Of a stretch of DNA of 64,000 bases, positions 22,730 through 35,710 are shown piece by piece. Location of the stretch: positions 190,032,001 to 190,096,000 of the forward strand of contig NC_086097.1 of NCBI RefSeq assembly GCF_963921235.1, in the 5' to 3' direction. Origin of the DNA: Mobula hypostoma (Eukaryota). Under the pieces are notes generated by a model that was given only the letters and a program-made list of their open reading frames with translations, did not search any database and was not told the origin of the DNA. Every line of letters starts with the position of its first letter. Positions within the stretch are counted from its first letter, which is position 1. The position numbers were made by a program, and so were the translations under genes.

Positions 22730-24760
22730 ATTAATGCATGGACTTCAGGGGGAACCAGTTCCTATAAGGGTGAAAGACAAGGATAAGAAGTAGATGACAA
22801 GAGAGATCAATGGCTGGACAAAGAGAAAAGGAAGCTTACAGCAGGTACAGAGAACTAAAGACAAGGGATGCTCATTAATAGTATAAAAGTTGTGCTTTAA
22901 AATAAAATTAGCTAAGCAAAGAAGGTGATAAAATGTCACTGGCAAAATGGATTACAATAAATCATAAGGTAATCTGTAAATATATTAATGACAAAAGAAT
23001 AACCAGGGAAAGAATGTGGCCCATTAATGACTACAGGAGAAACCTGTGTACAAAGCCAAAAGGTATTGAGGTCCTAAATAAATACTCTTCATTGGATTGT
23101 TTTACAAGAGAAATGGCCTTTGTAATTGGAGAACTTCACAAAGAGAAAGATAAAAATCTCGTTCAAGTCTCCATAAATAAAGAGGAATTATTCCATGTCT
23201 TACTGAGCTTAAATGTGAATCAACCCCCACAGGAAAATTAGATTTATCCCAGGCTCTTGCAAGAGACTGCACTCTGACTGAAAATATTAAATCTTTGCTG
23301 ACTACAAATGGGGCACCCAAGGGAAAATGTGATTCCCTTTATCAATTTGGGCAGTAGGAAAAAGCCTAGTAATTAGGGGCCTCTCTGCCTAACATTAATA
23401 ATAGGGAAGTTAATGGAAAAAAATTCTGAGAGGCAAAAATTAATGATTACTTGGAAAGGTAAGGACTAGTCAGAGATTATCAGTATGGCTTTGTCAAGGG
23501 CTGATCCAGTCTGAGCAACTTGACTGAGACAGCAGAGTGTACTAAGGATCGTGCGGTCAGTGTGGGTTACATGGAATTCATAAGCCTTTTGACAAACTCT
23601 CGCATAGGACAATGGTCTAAAAGGCTTGGGATACAGAGCAATTTGACAAACTGGCTCCAAAATTGTTGTGGCAATATGATTTTGATAATAAGTTTACATT
23701 GAACTTTGAACAGAATATGATCATAGGGAGTTGTTTCTGTAATTGGATACCAATGGAATTCTGCAGGATCAGTGCCAGGACCCTTGATGTTTGCGATGTA
23801 TATGAATGATTTGCATGTGAATGTAAAGAGCATGATCAATACAGTTGAAGATAACACTAGGGTTAGTAGAGTTGCTAACAGTGTGAAGGTACTCTAAAGT
23901 TACAGAGACATTTTGGTGAAATTGGCTGAGAAATGACAGATGGACTTTAATCCTGATAGATATGAGGTGATGTGTTTTGGGAGTACAAGTAAGGCTAGAC
24001 ATAAACCTGAATGGTGGGGTCAAATGGATTATGGGGAAATAGAAGGACCTTGATCCTTGAAGGTGGCACCAGAAAATAAATGGCATAGTTAAGAAGGCAT
24101 ATGGGATACGGGCCTTCATTGGTTAGAAACCTAAATTCAAGAGCATGAAGCTTAAGTTCCAATTTTGTAAAACACTGGCCAAACTTCAGCTGGAGTCGAA
24201 GAGTCATAAAACTCTACAGCACAGAAACAAGTCAATCAGCCCTCCTAGTCCATGACAATCTATTAAACTGCCTATTCCCACCAACCTGCACCACACCGTA
24301 GCCCTCCTTTCCATGTATCTGTCAGAATTTCTCTTAAATATTGAAATCAACCCCACATCCATCATTTCTGAGGGCAGCTTCTCAATCTCACCACACTCTG
24401 ATGAAGTTCTCCCTCATGTTTCCCTTAAACATTTCACCTTTCACCCTTAATCCATGACCTTTACTTGTAATCTCACCCAACTTCAATGTGAAAGGCCTGC
24501 TTGTATTTACTTTATCCCTACCCTCATAATTTTTTATAACCCTATCAAGTCTCCCCTCATTCTCCTTCACTGTAGGGAATGAAGTATTGACCTATTTAAC
24601 ATTTCCCTGTAACACAGGTCCTCAGGTCCTGGCAGCATCCTTGCAAATTCTCTCTACACTGCAGTTAAAGAATTGGATGAAATTCTTGTCACCACACTAT
24701 AGGAAAAATGTGGTAGTGCTGAAGGGGAAACAAAGATTCACCAGGATGCTGCCTAGAATG
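22730..24760 (+). mobile_element. Old degenerate CR1 LINE, interrupted by an opposite-strand CR1 3' fragment (about 24205-24658)
   Basis: Remnant motifs KYINDKRITRE, EVLNKY, GSVPGPL, RFTRMLP. The insert reads as a CR1 C-terminus on the minus strand (ORF 24388-24570). Confidence 0.7.
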
Positions 24761-26639
24761 AAGCTCTTGGCTGGAAAGGAATTAAAATTGCAAAACAGCT
24801 GACCGCGATGAGCCAAGGACAGTGGAAGCAAGCAAAACAAACCTCTATTTTTTCGCCATATGATTGAAGGAATGGTGACTGCTATTTTGCCAGACTCTTC
24901 TTGTAGCCACCATTTTGTGAAGTGGTTCTTGTTCAGTGATGGTCTGAGCAGAGAAACTGGTAGTATATGCAGTGACAAAATGGTCCATATTGATAATCTG
25001 TTAAACTTGAGATCATTTCCAAATAATGTTGCTTATTTGATTAGGTAGAAAATGGCAGGTTTATGAAAAGAACTGCCCATGATCTGAGGTAACCTGAGCC
25101 CAGTATTTGGCTGACCTGGCTAAACTAGTTTGAACTGGCCTGACTCAGTGAGAATAAAAAAAGTGACGCAATGCACAGGCCTGGTGGAAAAGTGATAAAG
25201 TAATGCTGCTTCCAGCCTTGGGCCAGATCCCAGAAGAAGTGACACAGGCTAGTCTGACAAGCTTGAGCCAATGAAATTGAAAGACAGAAATTCAATCTGA
25301 TAGGAAAGATGATAAGGAGGATTTGCAGTGGCCTTTCAGTTAGTAAGAGGAGGATGGAGTTGAGCTGATGGGAAACCAGCCCAGAAAGGTTCTGAAGAAT
25401 TGTTGGGTAAAGATGTCTGGAAGTGATGAAGAAGATGGAAGGAGTGAATGGGAGGTGGTATTCTGTGATAGGAGTTGTATGGAGGGGAGGCAAATGGCAG
25501 GTCTCTGGGAAATGGAAAATTAAGTGCCAAATTGAGAATGTAGTGGCTTGTCATTCATTGATGACGGCAGTAGACAGGATTTAAAAAATATTAGGAGACA
25601 TTGTTTGCACAAGACCTTTAAGAGGTGGGGTTTTCTTAATGATTGTGAAGATAGGAAGCAACATGAAAAATTTAGGATTAAAAGTTCTGGGAGGAAGGAA
25701 AGTAACACCAAGGAATTATAGTGAATGACAGAGGAATAATCACAGGAGTGTCTCTGGATATAGCCATGGAGCAAGTTAAAATAATTTAGTCAGGGGTAAA
25801 GTTGTAGATCTTATATGGAAAATAAGAACAGGTTGCTTATCGAAGTTGATTTAATTTGATGGAAAAAAGTTGCTGGCTAGGGTTAGTTCAGGTTATATGA
25901 GTTATATCTTATGAGTTACATGGTTTGAGTCCATATGCTACCCCTTCTCAGATGTTTTCAGTGCCAAGCTTTTGGTCATGTAGCAGCTGTGGTAGGGGTA
26001 AAAAGCAGTGTGGTGGATGTGGTGGATGATTATTGTAGGCATTAGGCCAAAATGTAACAATTGTGGAGGGGAATGCAGGGAGAATTGTACATAATAAAGC
26101 TGTGAAAGTGTGGCATGCTTGTGTAGAAATGGGCATATCATATGCAGAGGCTCCTCAGAAAGTACAGAAAACTGTGTCAATGGGATGTATTAACATCCAG
26201 AATACAGACAGATTAAAGTCAGTGTGTAAGGTACATGATATTGTAAAGAAGAATTTGTTAATTGTTGATAAACTTTTTTTAAAAACTTTCTTGGTAGGTG
26301 TGGTAAATTGTACAGCACAAACTAAAAGTAGGACAGCAAAAATTATATTAACGACTGCAAAAAAAATACGGAGATAAAAGAATTAACTCTATATGTTATA
26401 AATGGTGCCTTACAAGAAGGGGTAAATAATATAACAGACTTCAAAGAAAGGTTAATGTTTTTTTTTCTTTTTGTCTTTTTTTCACAAGGGAATGCTAGCA
26501 ATTTGTTAGCTAATGGACAGGCTACTTTAATGCTCATAATACTGTATGGGGTTTTAGTGAAACAAATGTGAAAGCGAGGAATACTTTCTAGAAGAAAAGT
26601 ATGTGGTGTGTTTGAGTGATGCTCAGTAGGTGGCAGTAA

Positions 26640-27790
26640 TGCACCCTCAAAGCTAATCGATAAGCTTCAAGATCTTGGCCTCAATAACTCTGTGTGCAAT
26701 TGGATCATCAATTTCCTCAGTTACAGATCCCATTCAGTTCAGATTGGCAACGGCATTTTCTCCACAATCTCCATCAGCACAAATTCATCACAAGGCTGTG
26801 GCTTAGCCCACTTCACTACTCACGTTACACTTACGACTGTGAGTCTAAGCACAGCTCCAATGCCATATTCAAGTTTGCTGATGCCACCACTGCCATTGGG
26901 CATGTCAATGGTGGTGATGAATTAGCATACAGGAGGGAGATTGAAAATCTGACTGAGTGGTGCCACTACAACAACATTTTACTCAAAGTCAGCAAGACCA
27001 AGGAACTAATTATTGACTTCAGGAGGAGTTAAGTGAAGATCCTCATCAGGAGATCAGAGGTGGAGCGGGTCAGCAGCTTTAAATTCCTCGGTGTCCTCAG
27101 CCCAGCATATAAGTGCAATTATGAAGAAAGCGGGCATTTCCTCTACTTCCTCAGACATTTGTTAAGATTTGGCATGTCATCTAAAACACTGACAAACTTC
27201 GACTGATGTGTGACAGAGAGAATACTGGCTGGTTGCATCACAGCTAGGTATGGAAACATAAATGCTTTTGAACAGAAAATCCTACAAGAAGTAGTGGATA
27301 TGGCCCAGTCCTTCATGGGTAAAGCCCTCTCCACCACTGAACACATCTACATGGGGCGCTGCCGCAGGAAAGCAGCATCCATCATCAAGGGCCTCCACCA
27401 CCCAGGTCATGCTCTCTTCTCACTGCTGCTGTCAGGAGAAGGTACAGGAGCCTCAGGACTCTCACCACCAGGTTCAGGAACAGCTAATTCCCCTCGGTCA
27501 TCGGGCTGTTGGACCAGTGGGGATAATTTCACTCAATTTCATTTACGTCATCACTTAACTGTTTCCACAACCTATGGACTCACTTGCAAGGATTCTTCAT
27601 CTCAAGTTCTCAATATTTATTGCTTATTTATTTTTTATCATTTCTTTTTTTCTTTACTATTTTCACTTTGCTGGTTTTTCAACATTGGTTGTTTGTCCAC
27701 CCTTTTGGGTGTGTCTTTCATTGATTCTATGATTTTTCTTGGACTTATTGAGTATGTCTGCAAGAACATGAATCTTAGGTTTGAACCTTG
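26640..27790 (+). mobile_element. Rex1/Babar LINE 3' half, degenerate
   Basis: CNWIINFL, FKFADATT, SKTKELIIDFRR, ILAGCITA.YG, HHPGHALFSLL; T-rich 3'UTR. Confidence 0.85.
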
Positions 27791-28119
27791 AGTCTTGGTC
27801 TGCCAACCACTATTAAACATTACTAGAAGAAGAAGAAGAAGAAGGATTTTGGATGTAGAAGCAGCAAAGCTCTAGAGACCAACCATTGCACAAGTGGACA
27901 ACCTCACATGGAGATAATGCAGGGATCAAGTGAAACGTCCAGTGTAGACTCCTATTCCCAAATATTACCCTTTCTACTCTTCAACTTTTCAAGGAGAGTC
28001 AGGAAAACCTAGAGATATTTAGGCTTGTGTGAGTTGCATATTTGTGAACTAATCTAATAAAGTTGTTTATTAGTAAATACATAATCCCTCTGCGGCTAAC
28101 AAATCACTTGTTGTTACAG

Positions 28120-28500
28120 CAAAGCATTTCATCTATGAGAAAGACTGGAGTTGCTTGGTCTGTTTCTGCTGGACCAAGAGGTGGGACATAATTGTAGTAT
28201 ATAAAATACAAGGGGTGTGTACAGTGCAGACTGCTTCAAACTATTTGCATTACTGGAAATGAATAAAGTCAGAGGGCACAGATTTAGGGTAAGGGTAAGA
28301 GATTTAGAAAGGATATTTTTCAACCAGGGTGTGGTAAGTACTGCAGGGAGACGTGCCGATGGTATAGAACAAGTGTCCAGATGATCACCTTGGCACTGGA
28401 AGTTACTGACCAAGTGTTGCTGAAAAGGATTAATACAGATTGGTGACTACAGGTCAGCATGGATATAATGGGCCAAACGGCCTCTTTCCATGATATATGA
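28120..28500 (+). mobile_element. Old CR1 3' fragment
   Basis: AGAGGGCACAGATTTAGGGTAAG and ATGGGCCAAACGGCCT are CR1 C-terminal and 3'UTR motifs. Confidence 0.6.
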
Positions 28501-29989
28501 CTCAATTACTTTGCTTTTGTGAAAGGAAAATGATATTGATAAATATCAATTTTTTCAACCTTGCAACATTTTTCCACGTTAATTTGCTGGTAGTTATTTT
28601 CTTCTTCATTGTTAGAAAGTGTTTTCCTTTCCCTCACAGCTCATCTCTGTCTTCTACATTCCAATTAGCTAATTCTTATACTTTCTATAATTAATATACA
28701 TTCACATGTGAATGTCACTATTTAATCTTTATAAAACCTATAAAAATAGCCTTAAAATAAAATTTACGACACATGCAGTGATCAAAAATCAGATTTAAAT
28801 GATCTTGTTTCTAATAACTTCCCTCTCTTTTCAAAAATATACCATTTCCCAAAAAAGGTTAAATGAACATGTGATTCTCTTGGAATCAGTTATTTATTAT
28901 GTTAACCAATATATTTATTAAAATAATGTGATTAAACTTTAAGATATTAAAATAATATCTCAATATGCTGTGTAGGACATGTTTCCAATTATCTTGATCT
29001 CCAGTTGCTAATCTGACAACAGGTATGCCCCCTCCCAGGCAAACTACAGGGTAAACTTTGATTAACTTTGTGCATCAGAACCAAGCAAGAATTCTTCAGT
29101 AGTGGAACTCCCAACCACCATTATATAACAATCAATCACAGTTTCTCCAACATTCACAGGGATGGAAAACACAAGCTACTTGCTGAGGATTGCCTCTGCT
29201 TTCTTGTTAACACAATTCTTCGCTGTCTTCCATTGTCTCTGCTGTTCTGAACTATGTAAATGCGTATGCTTTGGGGGCTTTAAAATCTTTAACAAAGAAC
29301 AATGCACAGTGTATAAAATGATACACATGAATCAGGAATGTATGGTTTAATTAAGTGCTCTATGTAGGTTGCCTCTGGAGTTTTTCAGGCATTAAATAAT
29401 ACCATAGGTAGCAGTTAAGTCAGATGACACAAGCCTTAAAGTGTAACAGCCATAAAACAGCAACTGCTTTCAGTTCTCAAAATAATCGTGAGATTCACCT
29501 CGAATCTTGCAGTCCTCACTATTCTCCTGGACACCAGAATGAGTAGAATATTCAGAATTTTTCTTTCGTCTTCGCAGGATATTTATTAGAATTGTATACT
29601 ACTAATATTTCCACAAAATAGCATCTTCCCGTCTACAAGCTGACTGTCTTAGCACACAGACTCCATTATGTAAACTGAGACTCATTTTTTGTGGCTATGT
29701 TATGATGCACTATCAAAACAGCTTTCTTTCCACTTTCATCCCTAATGAGCTAAACAAGACTCAATAGGTCCTTGAGTCTCCTACGTATAAACATTTCCTG
29801 TAATTGTATTGTTCAAAGCCAAGACCATATGATAGAGGAGCAGAATTAGGCCAGTTGGCTCAACAAGTATGCTCTGCTATTTCATCATGGCTGATCCAAT
29901 TTTCCTCTTAGCCCCGGTCTCCTGCCTTATCCCTGTATCCCTTCATGCCTTGACCAATCAAGAATCTATCAAACTTTGCCTTAAATATA

Positions 29990-31341
29990 CAGACATCCCA
30001 CCCTGCAAAAACTCATTTCAGGGATGTAGCACCACCATTTCAGGGAGGTAGCACCGCAACCCCTTATCCCTGTCCCCCATGGTCGACCTCCAAGGGTGTA
30101 TGTAATACCTTGATTAGTGATTTTGTCTAATCTGTAAATCAAGTTGGGTATATGCAGAAAATGTGACATTAAATATGTACTTATATTATACTATCATGTT
30201 TATTCTATTACAACTTTAAGCAAGTCTACAGGGAGTTTGGCCTCATCAAGTGGGACATCAATAGCGTAGCTCCTTAGCAGCCAGCCAGCTAGTTTAAATA
30301 ACGTTAGCTATGCTAACGAACAAATGACACCTGTTAAACTCACCTCAACATGTCTTTTACATTTTAACCCACCATGGGCAATAGAAAAGTCACTGTTGCA
30401 GACAGTGCAGCGAGAAACACTGTCATTATTTTTGAGGTCGACTGTAAAGCCCGCCCACAGAGAAAACTGATAGGTCTACTTAGCAGGGGTCCGCAATCGT
30501 TTTTGCACCGTAGACCGGTTTAATATTGACAATATTCCTGCGGACCGGCCGACCGGGGGCGGGAGTGTTAATCACAACCGGAATATAGGTGGTAAGTCAG
30601 TCGCATCATTACATTTTAAACACACAGCGCATATATTCCCCGTATGAACATATAAAATCATTGCAACACATCAATATCGCTGTATCAGTGGGAGCCCTGG
30701 GCTTGTTTACTGCAACAACACGGTGCCATCGAGGGGTGATGGGAGACAGCGATACTCGAAGGGGGTTCCTTATGTCCAGTCTATTCCGCAATTCAGTATT
30801 CGTTGCATTCATTGCAGAAAACACCGCTTCGCAGAGATACGTTGGAAATGGAAGCAACGTTTTCAGTGCTTCCGTGGCTTTCTCAGGATATTCAGCCTTG
30901 TCTTTCATCCAGAATGCCAGCAGAGATGTTATGTCAAACATACATTTCAGCCCGCCGTCATTTGCAAGCTCGAGGAGTTGATCTTTTTCCCCGCGCTGAC
31001 ATGGATGATTCACTGGGGACATTCACAAATAGGTCACGGACCCATTCCTTTGCATGTCTTGGGTCACTGATGACCTCGCGTGCATTAAAATTCAACAATG
31101 CGTGACAGGGAATGAGGAAAGGTGCAGCTGACTCATATTGTTTCATATCGCCAAATCATATCGTTTCCTTGCGGCCCGGTGTTTGGGGACCACTCTTAGC
31201 ATGAAGAGAGACCAATCAGGATGCTCGCTCTCCCTCTCAAAAAATCTATTTCCAGGATATTGTATATAATTTACGGGCGTCAGGGAGCCACTATCGATAT
31301 GGGGGAGACTCCTGGAACTTCCGCGAGAGGTGAGATGTCTG
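29990..31341. mobile_element. Non-autonomous DNA transposon with 13-bp TIRs and 6-bp TSD (probably hAT-related)
   Basis: TIRs CAGACATCCCACC (29990-30002) and GGTGAGATGTCTG (31329-31341, one mismatch); TSD AATATA at 29984-29989 and 31342-31347. Confidence 0.85.
30484..31194 (-). mobile_element. hAT Charlie/Buster deletion derivative retaining the transposase C-terminus
   Basis: Ends CAGGGGTCCGCAA and TTGGGGACCACT. ORF 30609-31022 (QLLELANDGGLK...FW...EYP...LLPFPTYLCEAVFS...RNRLD...LRVSLSPITPRW) is the Buster-type dimerisation region. CTTAG is repeated on both flanks (partial TSD). Confidence 0.9.
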
Positions 31342-32723
31342 AATATATGTAAAGACTTGGCCTCCACAGCTGCCTGTGGTAAAGAATTGCACAGATTCAC
31401 CACTCCCTGGCTAAAGAACATCTCTGTTTCAAAATGACAACTATCTATTTTTAGGATTATGGTCTTATGGTATTATGGTTAAGTGTCTTATGGTCTTAGA
31501 CTCTTCCACCATAGGAAACATCTTCTCTATATCTACTCTTTCAACATCCGATAGGTTTCGATGAGGTTACCCCTCATTCTTCTGAGTTCTAGTGAATACA
31601 GGCCCAGAGCCATCAAACACTCATCATATGACAAGCCTGGAATCATTTTTGTGAACGTCCTTTAAACTCGTTTCATGTGTCAGCACATCCTTTCTCAGAT
31701 AAGGGGCCCAAAACTACTCACAATACACAATACTCACAATGAGGCCTCACCATTGTTTTATGAAGCTTCAAAATGACATCCTTGCTTTTATATTCTAGTC
31801 CTCTTGAAATGAATGCTAACATCACATTTGCCTTCCTCACCACTGACTCAAGCTGCAAATTATCCTTTAGGGAATCCTGCACAAGGACTCCAAAGTTCCT
31901 TTGCACCTCAGATTTTTGTATTTTATTGTATCCTTTTATTTCTTCTACCACAGGGCATGAACATGCACTTCCCGATGCTAATTCTTTGCCCATGCTAGAA
32001 TCTTTCCTGTAATGCCATGGGCTCTTAACTTGTTAAGCAGTCTCATGTGTGGCACTTCGCCAAATGCCTTCTGAAAATCCAGCAATCCAAGAACACAAGA
32101 TCAACCGATTCTCCTTTCTCTATCCTACTTGTTATTTATTCAACGAACTCCAACAGATTTGTCAGGCAGGCAAGGTTTTCCCTTGCGGAAACCATATTGA
32201 CAAAAGCCTATTGTATCATGTGCCTCCAAGTACCTTGAATCCACATCCTTAAGAATCGACTCCAATATTTTCCCGACCACTGAGGTCAGACTAACTGGCC
32301 AATAATGTCTTTTCTTCAGCCTTGCTCCTTCCTTGAAGAGTGGAGTGACATTGCAGTGTTCCAATCACCCGGAACCATTCCAGAACTTAGTGATTCTTGA
32401 AATATCATTACAAATGCCTCAACAATCTCTTCAGCCACCTCTTTCAGAATCCTGGGGTGTACACTTTCTGATCCAGATGACTTATCTACCTTCAGACCTT
32501 TCAGTTTCCCAGAACCTTCTCTCTATTAATGGCAATTTCACACACCTCTGATGCCTAAAACTTTGGAACTTCCACCATACTGGTAGTATCTTCCACAGTG
32601 AAGACTGATGCAAAATACTTATTCAGTTCATCCGATATTTCATGGTCCCCCCAGAGTACCTCTCCAGCATCATTTTCCAGTGGTCTGATATCCACTCTCG
32701 CCTCTGTTTTTACACTGTATGCA

Positions 32724-33760
32724 CAGCACCTACAAAAAGTATTCACCCCCTCTTGGAAGTTTTTATATTTTATTGTTTTATAACATTGAATCACAGTGGA
32801 TTTAATTTGGCTTTTTTGACAGCAATCAACAGAAAGACTCCTTTGTGTCAAAGAGAAAACAGATCTCTACAAAGTGATCTAAATTAATTACATATATAAA
32901 ACGCCAAATAATTGATTACATACCTATTCACCCCCTTCAAGTCAGTATTTAGTAGATGCACCTTTGGCAGCAATTGCAGCCTTGAATCTGTGTGGATAGG
33001 TCTTCATTAGCTTTGCACATCTGGACACTGCAATTTTTCCCCACTCTTCTTTACAAAACTTCTCAGGCTCCGTCAGATTGCATGGAAGTCATGAGTGAAC
33101 AGCATTTTTCAAGTCCAGTCACAAATTCTCAATTGGCTTGAGGTCTGGATTCTGACTAAGCCACTCCAGGACATTAACTTTGTTGTTTTTAAGCCATTCC
33201 TGTGTAGCTTTGGCTTTATGTTTGGGGTCATTGTCTTGCTGGAAAAAAACCTTCTCCCAAGTTTCAGTTCTCTTGCAGACACTTCAGGTTTTCCTCCACA
33301 AGTTCCCTGTTGTTTGCTGCATTCATTTTACCCTCTACCTTCACAATCCTTCCAGGGGCTACTGCAATGAAACATCCCCACAGCATGATGCAGCCACCAC
33401 CATGCTTCATGGTAGGAATGGTGCGTTTTTGATGATGTGTTGCATTTTGCTTATGACAAACGTAGCATTTAGTCTGATGGCCAAAAAGCTCAATTTTGGT
33501 TTCATCAGACCATACAGCCTTCTTCCAGCTGACTTCAGAGTCTCCCACATGGCTTCTGGCAAACTCTAGCTGAAAATTCATGTGAGTTTTATCTACAGTG
33601 GCTTTCTCTTTGCCACTCTCCCATAAAGCTGGCACTGGTGAAGTGCCCAGGCAACAATTGCTGTATGTACAGTCTCTCCCATCTCAGTCACTAAAGCATG
33701 TAAGTCCTCCAGAGTTGTCATAAATCTCTTGGTGGCTTCCCTCACAAGTTCCCATCTTAT
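32724..33760 (-). mobile_element. Tc1 (DD34E) transposon fragment, one IR/DR-type end plus decayed transposase
   Basis: End CAGCACCTACAAAAAGTATTCACCCCC, with TATTCACCCCC repeated at 32740 and 32925. Minus strand WSDETKIELFG, KHGGGCIMLWGCF and FQQDNDPKH...[10 protein letters not shown] with 34 residues between D and E. Confidence 0.92.
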
Positions 33761-33802
33761 TTTTTTATACTACGTGCATTTAGATACAACACCTTAAGTA
33801 CT

Positions 33803-34708
33803 CATACAACACATTATCCTCCGCAACTTCCGCCACCTTCAACAGGACCCCACCACTAAGCACATCTTCCCCTCTCCACCCCTCTCCGCTTTCCGCAAGG
33901 ATCGGTCCCTCCGCGACTCCCTTATCCGCACGTCCATCCCCATGGATCTCCAACCCGGCACTTATCCCTGTAAGTGGAAGTGCTACACCTGTCCCTACAC
34001 CTCATCTCTTGCAACCACTCAGGGCCCCAAACTGTCCTTCCAGGAGAGACAACATTTCACCTGTGAGTCTGTTGGGGTCATCTATTGCATCCGGTGCTCC
34101 CGGTGCGGCCTCCTCTACATCGGTGAAACCCGACGCAGATTGGGGGACCGCTTCGTCGAACACCTCCACTCTGTCCGCCACAACAGACAGGATCTCCTGG
34201 TAGCCACCCACTTCAACTCTGCTTCCCATTCTCATTCAGATATGTCCATACATGGCCTCCTCTACTGCAACGATGAGGCTAAATTCAGGTTGGAGGAGCA
34301 ACACCTCATATATCGTCTAGGTAGTCTCCAGCCCCTTGGTATGAACATAGAATTCTCCAACTTCTGGTAATTCCCTCCCCCTCCCTTCCCCTATCCCTAT
34401 TTCACTCTACCCCCTCCCCCAGCTCCCTCATGGTTCCGCCTCCTTCTTCTACTACCCATTGTTTTCAGGGCTATGACGTCAATGTTCCCCCTCCCCCACC
34501 CCTTTGTCTTTCAAATTACTGGTCCTTCAACTGAAGCTACAAGCATTCTTCAAATCCTTCCCCATCTTTCATTCTTCAGTCCTGACGAAGGGTTCCGGCC
34601 CGAAACGTCGACTCATCGTTTCTAACTGATGCTGCCCAACCTGCTGAGTTCATCCAGCGTACTGAAAGTGTTGCTTTGATCACAGCATCTGCAGATTATT
34701 TTGTGTTT
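33803..34708 (+). mobile_element. Penelope 3' fragment (GIY-YIG domain plus terminal repeat), close relative of 15074-17480
   Basis: ORF 33942-34370 is near-identical to the C-terminus of ORF 16051-17199. Perfect 12-bp TSD ACCTTAAGTACT at 33791-33802 and 34709-34720. Confidence 0.95.
34578..34613 (+). ncRNA. Minimal type I hammerhead ribozyme motif (intact core)
   Basis: AGTC-CTGACGA-A-GGGT(TCCG)GCCC-GAA-ACGT-C-GACT; predicted cleavage after 34609. Differs from the 17389 copy only in the stem II loop. Confidence 0.85.
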
Positions 34709-35154
34709 ACCTTAAGTACTGTATTTGCGACCTTTTCTGATTTTGCATCCTTATGATTTGATACTCAGTTTTTTGGCTACAACTAAGTCTCATTACCTGC
34801 CTGCCCTTCCTGACAGTCTGACCGCATGCTACCTTTATTTTTTTGCCGTCTGTCCTATCCTGAGTCCCTTCACTCCACTTCCCACACCCCTGCCAAATTA
34901 GTTTAAACCCTCCCCAAAAGCTCTAACAAACCTGCCCGCGAGAATATTGGTCCCGCTTGGGTTCAGGTGCAACCCGTCACTTTTGAACAGGTCATACCTC
35001 CCCTAGAAGAGATCCCAATGATCTGAGAACCTAAATTCCTACCCACTGCACCAACTTCTCAGCCATGCATTTATCTGCCAAATCATCCTGTTTCTACCCT
35101 CACTGGCACATGGTACAGGCAGCAATCCAGAAATTACTACCGGGGAGGTCCTCC

Positions 35155-35710
35155 ATACCAGACAGTGATGCAGCCTGTCAGAATGCTCTCCATGGTACAA
35201 CTATAGAAGCTTTTGACTGTATTTGTTGACATGCCAAATCTCTTCAAACTCATAATAAAGTATAGCCTCTGTCTTGCTTTCTTTATAACTACATCGATTG
35301 TTGGGACCAGGTTAGATCCTCAGAGATCTTGACACCCAGGAACTTGAAGCTACTTTTGCTCTATTATATGCCTTCTCTTCGGCTTTAGATTAGATTAGAT
35401 CAGATTCAACTTTATTGTCATTGTGCCAAGTACAGATACAAAGCCAATGAAATGCATTTAGCATCTGACCAGAAATGCAAAGAATAGTGTTATTTACAAA
35501 ATAACTGTGAATAAAAAGTAAGTGCTACAGCACACAAATATAAAAGTACTGAGACAGTACAATATGGGTGCAATACTGCTTAGCGCTGTGATGTGAGGTT
35601 CAGCAGGGTCACAGCCTCAGGGAAGAAGCTCTTTCTGTGCCTGCTGGTGTGGGAGCGGAGGCTCCTGTAGTGCCTACCAGAAGGGAGGAGAGTAAAAAAT
35701 CCATGGTTGT
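35155..35710 (-). mobile_element. Two Rex1-like LINE fragments (about 35155-35350 coding; about 35386-35710 3' tail)
   Basis: Reverse-complement similarity to the Rex1 region at 27140-27250; (AGATT)n tail next to CTTTATT. Confidence 0.6.

Larger units (their letters stand above)
29820..35150 (-). mobile_element. CR1 LINE acting as host of a multi-element nest (pieces about 29820-29989, 31348-32723, 33765-33802, 34721-35150)
   Basis: The 3'UTR GCCTTAAATATA|..AAAGACTTGGCCTCCAC is continuous across the DNA-transposon insert. Minus ORFs NVMLAFISRGLEYKS, WPVSLTSVVGKILES and ELNKYFASVFT. Confidence 0.85.

Noticed and set aside
27825..27844. (AGA)n microsatellite
   Set aside because: Short ordinary simple repeat.
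30609..31022. Domesticated SCAND3/ZBED-type gene
   Set aside because: Only a C-terminal fragment, bounded by transposon TIRs and nested within other TEs.
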